Part shown: positions 51,363-57,844 of the stretch, piece by piece
Layout: each line of letters starts with the position of its first letter
How positions within the stretch are numbered: the first letter of the stretch is position 1
DNA from: Octopus bimaculoides
Taxonomy: Eukaryota
Reading direction: 5' to 3'
DNA length: 57,844 nt
NCBI RefSeq assembly: GCF_001194135.2
Contig: NC_068982.1
Coordinates: 29,138,233-29,196,076, forward strand
The notes under the pieces: model-generated
Told to the model about the DNA's origin: nothing
What the model saw: only the letters and a program-made list of their open reading frames with translations
The model's database searches: none
Program-made: the position numbers and the translations under genes

Positions 51363-53048
51363 CTAAGATATAAAGGATATAACAAATAAGTCATGATATT
51401 CAATAAGACAAAATGTTCCAGATAACGAGTAAAATATTTAGTCATGCTGAAAGGATTTTTTCATATAATGGACTGAGTATTCACATTACAAATACCTGCG
51501 CACACATTTTGGCTCTGTTTATATTTTATATTAAAAATTTTCATGTTGTAACAAACTAAAATTTGAATGAGATCATAAAATTTTTATGCAAAAGCTAGAG
51601 ATTTGAAGTTATCAGTTAATATACAGCTTGTGTCATCTTTGTCTGTTATAAGTACTGGCTCAGATAATCCTCTTTAAGAAATGCATATTTTACCACAACA
51701 AAACTCATTATAAAGTTACATAAGTGAAAGTATATATAAGTAGAACATTAAACAATTGATATCTGGTAAAAGTAAAATGATAATTGTTGATGACTAACAT
51801 TTTCTCCATGACACATTTAAGCTGTTTGTATCATTCTTGCTATTAGTCAAAAGTGCATTGGGCTCAGTTCCTTAGTTATGTAACCTAGTCTAACACTTTA
51901 TCATTGAAATGCCATAAATTTGTTTAATCTCTGCATTGTCAGTTCCAGTCAGTTGTACATATACATACTGTCATAAACTCTCTTCTTAGTTTCACACAGA
52001 AAACTACTTTTTTTTTTAAAGTTCAAATAAATTATTGGTGACATTTCAAATTGTTGTTCAGTTTTCTATAGGTTTCAGAAAACAGCTAAAAGTACTAGGT
52101 ATAGTCAATGAGTTGAAATTTCAATGCAAAGAATAGCTATTTCTTTGCTGCAAAGCACATTATTCTGTTTGCTTTGTTTCACAAAGAGGACATACTTTCT
52201 GATCTGAATATATACAAGGTAACTTGTTCCTTCAAAGAACTATTTACACAAAGAATGCAAGTAACTAAATTTGAAAACTAGTCTAGGTTATACTAACCTA
52301 GAAGAATATATATATGTGGTTAAAATCATGGTCTATTCATTGCAATAAAAGAGTATCTCAGACTTCTTCCAGTAAGAGACTACTACTTACACTTTAAAAG
52401 TAAACCAGGGTGTAAAACCATACAAGCCACAGTATTCCTGTAAGGAGCAGTAACTCCAGGTATTGTTAGCACTGGGAGACATTGTGTCTAATACATATCA
52501 ACAGAAGAACATCTCATAACAACTCCACCTAAATTTTTGATTAAATGCTGTAGGTGAAGCAGTTGAGAACTAAGACCCAATGAACTTGTACACTAAACTA
52601 TTTTCCAAATTTACAAGAAATTCTGAACTTTCTTACACATACTTTTCCTTTTCTAAGTATTCTTCTTCATTTTGGGGAAATTTGTCAAAGAGTGAAGTTA
52701 ATCTAAAATAAATGGTTACATACATAAATCTCAGCCTAAGTATTTCTAATCTGTTACTTAATTTTTGGACTTGATCATTGTCAGCATAAGTTTCACAATG
52801 ATGTTAATTTCTACTACTAGAATGTTGAGACATTACTGACTCATGCACTGCATTATATAGTTGGTTCATTAGGTTTTAAAATTTAAACCTGCATCTTAAT
52901 TACTTTGTAAACATATCCATTAACAAAATAAGAACCAAAAAACAAGGTAAAAATAAGGTCCAAAATTACAAGGAGAAATAGCATGAAGCTGAAACTGAAG
53001 AAGTATATTTGTATTATTTGAGTTTGCAATGTTTGATAGAATACTTAC

Positions 53049-53146
53049 TCACTGCGAATTGCAATAAAAATTTTATGGTCTAAATAAGTGAGTTGTTCTG
53101 CAATATCCAATGCTGATAATGAATCTGACGTGTCTGTTGAAGATGT
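53049..53146 (-). CDS. RasGRF: RasGRF coding exon (start of CDC25 domain)
   Basis: gtttttcag|ACA TCT...CGC AGT GA|gtaagt. 98 nt, TSSTDTSDSLSALDIAEQLTYLDHKIFIAIRS+GA; SALDIAEQLT is the canonical CDC25 helix. Confidence 0.95.
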
Positions 53147-53726
53147 CTGAAAAACAGTTGAAAATACATTTTTTTTTTTACAGTTTACAAATTCAAACTT
53201 TTCTTATGTACCAAAACTTTTTCTCAAAGGTAAAATATATTTTGTTTTATTTTTCAGAAACAGGAAGAATGGATTCATGATAAATAAAATGAAAAAAGGA
53301 AAATGATTGGGTAGTGTAAATTTTAGGTTTAGCATATTAGACATGGCTTGTAAATAATGGAAAATTTTAGAAGAGAATACAATGTCTACAGTGGAATTCA
53401 TTAAATATTTCCAAACAAAAACCAGTGAATCTTTTGATGATTATGTAATCATGACACCAACTGATCCCTTAACATCAAATGGTCTGGAAAACTATACCCA
53501 CCTGGAACTGCACTCTCTCCATTACCAACACAAACAACCTGTACCTCCCCGTTAACATTACCCCTGCTGATATCAGATGAGAAATAATCAGTTGAGATGG
53601 CAAAGGCTTCTAATAATGAATGTCACCTCTTCCATGTATGTCAATGCCAGGCTCAACAACTGAAGTTAAGAACCTTCCTCAGTTGTGTGTGGCCTCTAAC
53701 ATTTCAGAAGAAACTAGACTCTAGAC

Positions 53727-54057
53727 CAGGGCTAGCCAACCTGAGGCCTGTAGGCCACATGCAGCCCACAGACTTTTATCTTGCAGGAATCTTGATACTT
53801 TCTTGAAATGGGTTTATTTAAACAAGCATTTCTAAAATTTTATCAAAAATTAAAGACTGTAATGAAAAGTAAAAAAGAAAGATACTACTGTTTTTGCAAT
53901 GATAATCTTTCCTATTGAATCAACGATCATTCATTCATTATTATAATAATAGCATGAGAAAGCAAAATGCTTTCAATTCTGTCAGTATACAAGCGGCCCT
54001 CAAAAAACTTTCTGTGATTAAAGTAGCCTGCAATGTAATTTGAGTTGGCCAAGCCTG
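53727..54057. mobile_element. hAT-type MITE
   Basis: TIR CAGGGCTAGCCAAC / GTTGGCCAAGCCTG; TSD CTCTAGAC vs CGCTAGAC (7/8). Confidence 0.8.
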
Positions 54058-54387
54058 CGCTAGACTCTGACCCTGGAAGATACAGCTTGAGAACAAACTT
54101 CTTCTGATTGACATAGGAATGTTCCCTGCTGAAAGTATTCCACTGAACTCAGAAGCACCATGGTCTTAACCACATGAGACTGACAGAAGCTTTGTGAGTG
54201 GATTTGGAGACTGAAACTGAAAGAAGCACATCGTGTGTGTGTGTGTGTGTGTGTCCCACACCATCACTTGACATCTGGTGTTGGTTTGTTTATGTCCCCA
54301 TACCTTAACAGTTCGGCAAAAAGAGCCCAATAGAGTAAGTGCTAGGCTTAAAAAAAAAAGTACTGTGGTTGACTTGTTTGACTAGAC

Positions 54388-54706
54388 CAGCATTTCTCAA
54401 GTGGGGTTCCGCAAAAGGTTCCTAGGGGTTCTGTGAGAGAGAGTGAGATATGTTAATGCTAACTTCATGATCATAATATTACTATATATGCACAACATTG
54501 GTTATTGCAATATAGACATCATCCTATCTAACCTTTTATGTTATCAAAAAAATATAACNNNNNNNNNNTATGTGACATTTACCACATGAACTATGATGAA
54601 AAAAATATGTGAAAGACATAGTATATAATTTTTTTTATGCAGAGTTTCCTTGAGACATAATTTATTTTTAAGGGTTATGCAAGGGTAGAAAGGTTGAGAA
54701 ACACTG
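54388..54706. mobile_element. hAT-type MITE nested in a SINE
   Basis: TIR CAGCATTTCTCAA / TTGAGAAACACTG, perfect 8-bp TSD GACTAGAC; the SINE continues on both sides. Confidence 0.85.
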
Positions 54707-55187
54707 GACTAGACCCTTCAGACTGGTACCCCAGCATGGCTGCAATCCAATGACTGAAAGAAGTAAGATATAAGAGATAGATACTTATGAATTGTAAAAT
54801 AAAATGAAAATAGAAAAAAACCAAGAGCACTCAGAGAGCACAAACCTCCACCAATATCCTCTCAACGATTAGCCGGAGATGATTTTTAAAATGAGAATAT
54901 CTGAAATAAACTTGACTGCTCTCACAAACAAGAATACTAAAAATGAACCCGACCACTCTCAAAAATTAAGTAACGAGAAAGGAAATATAATCCAGAATCC
55001 TTGAGCAGTACCGGATCAATCTCAAAATCTAATCAGTTTGTGCCAGTCATGAAGCCAAACATCCCTGAAAGTTTCATCCGAATCCATCCAGCAGTTCTTC
55101 AGATAACAAACAAACACAACTGAAAACAATACCTCCGCCTTTGCTAAGGTGGAGGTAACAAGAGGAAAAACCATTAACACTACTCAC

Positions 55188-55367
55188 TGCAGGTGGGGCT
55201 AATAATATATCTAAATCAACTTTATTGCTATCTTGGCTCTCCTGGTTGATTATGCGTAGTATGCCTGCAGCTGCTTTATGCTCAGCTGGTAGTAAAGAGG
55301 TGTTGCACACCATTTCTTCAAGTAAATCAATCAAAAAAGCTTTCAATTGTGCATCAGTATCGAAATC
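55188..55367 (-). CDS. RasGRF: RasGRF coding exon (REM-CDC25 linker)
   Basis: ttttactag|GAT TTC...CCT GCA|gtgagt. 180 nt, DFDTDAQLKAFLIDLLEEMVCNTSLLPAEHKAAAGILRIINQESQDSNKVDLDILLAPPA; resembles RasGRF DF...LLEE...LL..E.KAAA.I.R. Confidence 0.95.
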
Positions 55368-55445
55368 CTAGTAAAAGAAAGAAAGAAAAATGTTATAATT
55401 ATTATTCCTCATTTATAATTATTATTTATATTTCAGTATTATCAA

Positions 55446-55990
55446 CCCCTTAGCATTCAGATTATTCTGTAAAATGTAATGCTTTTTCATTCACATTGAT
55501 TTTAATTATTTTGTAACTTTGAAATTTTGATAATGTGATTGTATATTTTTAGAAGGCACATGGCTCAGTGGTTAGAGTGTCAGGCTCACAATCATGAGGT
55601 AGTGAGTTCAATTCTCAAACTGGGCAGTGTGTGCTGCATTCTTGAGCAATCACTTCATTTCATGATGTTCCAGTTGCCTCAGCTGTAGAAATGAATTGTG
55701 ACGTCACTGGTGCCAAGCTGTATCCCTTGGATAAAATCGGTGGCATGGAGAGGCAAGGCTGGTATGCGTGAGCGACTGCTGGTCTTCCATAAACAACCTT
55801 GCCCAGACTTGTGCTTTGGAGGGGAACTTTCTAGGTGCAATCCTATGGTTATTCATGACCAAAGGGGGTTTTTACCCTATATTTTTTGAATGGTATTGAA
55901 GGGTGGGTGTGATAGGCTGGATCTGGCTGGTTAGAACATAAAAAAGATAGCCTATTTGGGCTGGAACTGGCCAATTTAAATGTTAAAGGG
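55446..55990. mobile_element. piggyBac-like (TTAA) MITE interrupted by a SINE
   Basis: tcaa|CCCCTTAGCATT...AATGTTAAAGGG|ctaa; same family as 45740-45916. Confidence 0.7.
55555..55877 (+). mobile_element. tRNA-derived SINE inserted in a MITE
   Basis: A box TGGCTCAGTGG, B box GAGTTCAATTC; 13-bp TSD tatattttt(a/t)gaa (55542-55554, 55878-55890). Confidence 0.8.
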
Positions 55991-56899
55991 CTAAACAATA
56001 AATTAATGAATACTCAATAGTGATCACAGCTTAGCTTCATGTATGAAGATTCATAAAGAGAGGTGTCCTGCAGAATCATGCTGGTGCTAGACTAAGCCTA
56101 TACGAGACAGACAAACCCAGCCACAGTGGCTGTAAAGGAAATTCTGTTCTGTATTTGGTGGTGCCATGTTACAGGGCTTCCTCCTGCTCCTCTTGTCTTA
56201 AAGCTCAGCTCTGGACATATTCTCATCAGAGGGCTGATGAACTTTCAATCATTCATTAATATTTTGCTGTGAGGAGTGACAATAAAGCACTGGACTACAT
56301 TCATTAAAATACTTTCATTCTTCTTGGATAGAAGTTCAAATTCTATTCATGTCAACAACTGCCATTAATCACTCTGGGACTGAACAGATAAAATAAGCTG
56401 GAGTCAGTTCAGTCGATATAGTAATCATCGGTCAATAATAGTATCAATAATACATAACTTAATCAATTTTCACCCTATTTCTATATAAAAGCACCTTGTA
56501 CCAACTCAAAAGAAAATATATCAAGTCAATGAACTGAAACAAAAGATATATCAAACTAACTTTAATATATTTGAAGAAACCGAGTATGTATGAATATTTA
56601 TATGATTATATTACATATATTCAATAAATTATTGTATTCAACTGATATATTTAGTTATTTTTTTCTTAATTTTAATATATTAGAGTAAGGTTTTGATTCT
56701 TTTATTTACAAATTCGAACATATTCGTATTGTTAAAACAATTATTTTTGCAGTTTGTTGTTCACTCATTATTCACTGGTAATAATGTAGAACTAGTTTTT
56801 GCCACTAGGTATATCATGACAAGCAGAGTTATGTTCCTTGACTTGAACCACTGGTGGGAGTGGTGGTAGAATAACTTATGGTTCAACATTTCTTTAATT

Positions 56900-57120
56900 T
56901 TGTGAGGGTAGTGAGTTAGGCGAATTGTTAGCATACTGGACAAAATACCTAGTGGCATTTCATCCATCTTTACATTCTGAGTTCAAATTCTACCGAGGTT
57001 AACTTTGACTTCCATCTTTTCAGGGTTGATGAAATAAGTACCAGTTGAACACTGAGGTTGATGTAATCAACTTAACCCCTTTACCGACATTGCTGGTCTT
57101 GTACCAAAATTTGAAACCGA
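56900..57120 (+). mobile_element. Family A SINE in a RasGRF intron (CpG-decayed)
   Basis: Aligns by eye with 7358-7572. Confidence 0.7.
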
Positions 57121-57428
57121 TATTTCTTTAATCTTGTAAAAGACTTAATGCAACACTCTACATGCTGGAAGATTTTCAGAATCGGTAGAGCAGCAGAGAA
57201 AATGCCACGTGATATTTAGATTCCATTTTCAAATCCAGCTAAGGCCAACATTGCCTTTCATCATTTCATGGAAACAAGTAGCAGTGAAATACTGGAATCA
57301 ATATAATTAACTACAGCTCTTTCTCTTTTAATATGAGGTACTGTACTTATGTTAAAAGAAACCAATAATTCCTCACATTACAAACAATCCAAATGTTCAA
57401 TGCATAAAATAATGTTTCTTTTCTTTAC

Positions 57429-57526
57429 CTGATAATGTTTCGAAACCCAATGTTTCATTACATTTAGAACCCTCATTGTAGCTGCTGCACTTAACACTGA
57501 TTCTCGTTTCTTTGTTTTCGTATCCA
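57429..57526 (-). CDS. RasGRF: RasGRF coding exon, first in window (end of REM/RasGEF_N region)
   Basis: cttctttacag|TG GAT...CAT TAT CAG|gtaaag. Translates xDTKTKKRESVLSAAATMRVLNVMKHWVSKHYQ, matching the RVLNVLRHWVSKH motif of RasGRF1/2. 98 nt, ends phase 0. Not in the ORF track in this frame. Confidence 0.95.
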
Positions 57527-57639
57527 CTGTAAAGAAGTGAAAAGGGAGAATATTTCATAAACCCTTTCAGTAAAAGCAAACATCACCATACATCATACAT
57601 AAGTCTATGCTTTGCATTTAGCAGTTCTGTAAACTTTTT

Positions 57640-57844
57640 CATCATCATCATCATCATCGTTTAACGTCCGCTTTCCATGCTAGCATGGGTTGGACGATTT
57701 GACTGAGGACTGGTGAAACCGGATGGCAACACCAGGCTCCAGTCTGATTTGGCAGAGTTTCTACAGCTGGATGCCCTTCCTAACGCCAACCACTCAGAGA
57801 GTGTAGTGGGTGCTTTTACGTGTCACCCGCACGAAAACGGCCAC
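57640..57844 (-). mobile_element. SINE family B with (GAT)n tail, young copy
   Basis: ggttggcgttaggaagggcatccagc core; decayed plus-strand copies at about 16575-16755, 38990-39260, 44140-44260 and 47790-47950. Confidence 0.75.

Overview
AT-rich, microsatellite- and retroposon-dense eukaryotic scaffold with 7 N-gaps. The repeat landscape looks like a coleoid cephalopod, probably an octopus; this is an inference from recalled SINE families, not a database hit. The one firm gene is the 3' part of a minus-strand RasGRF (CDC25-type Ras GEF). I assembled nine GT-AG exons by hand (57526 to 38798, 346 full codons to the stop), covering the end of the REM region and the whole CDC25 domain; the gene continues beyond the right edge. 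The rest is mostly tRNA-derived SINEs, decayed LINEs (RTE, Tx1, CR1, RLE-type), hAT/piggyBac/Tc1-pogo MITEs, foldback palindromes, a solo LTR and two minisatellites. The most striking structure is at 10049-11601. It is a TSD-flanked, head-to-head palindromic element in which each arm reads tRNA-like Pol III head, (TAA)n, type I hammerhead-ribozyme motif with a loopless palindromic stem III (dimer type), then an AT-rich tail. A 1,035-bp solo LTR later interrupted it, and an internally deleted sister copy lies at 34.8 kb. Other leads are a recursive-splice-site signature at a catalytic RasGRF exon, a MITE carrying a telomere-repeat hairpin, and CpG depletion plus two spliceable exons suggesting an unannotated gene at about 14-26 kb. 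No CRISPR or prokaryotic system is present. Coordinates of decayed repeats are approximate.
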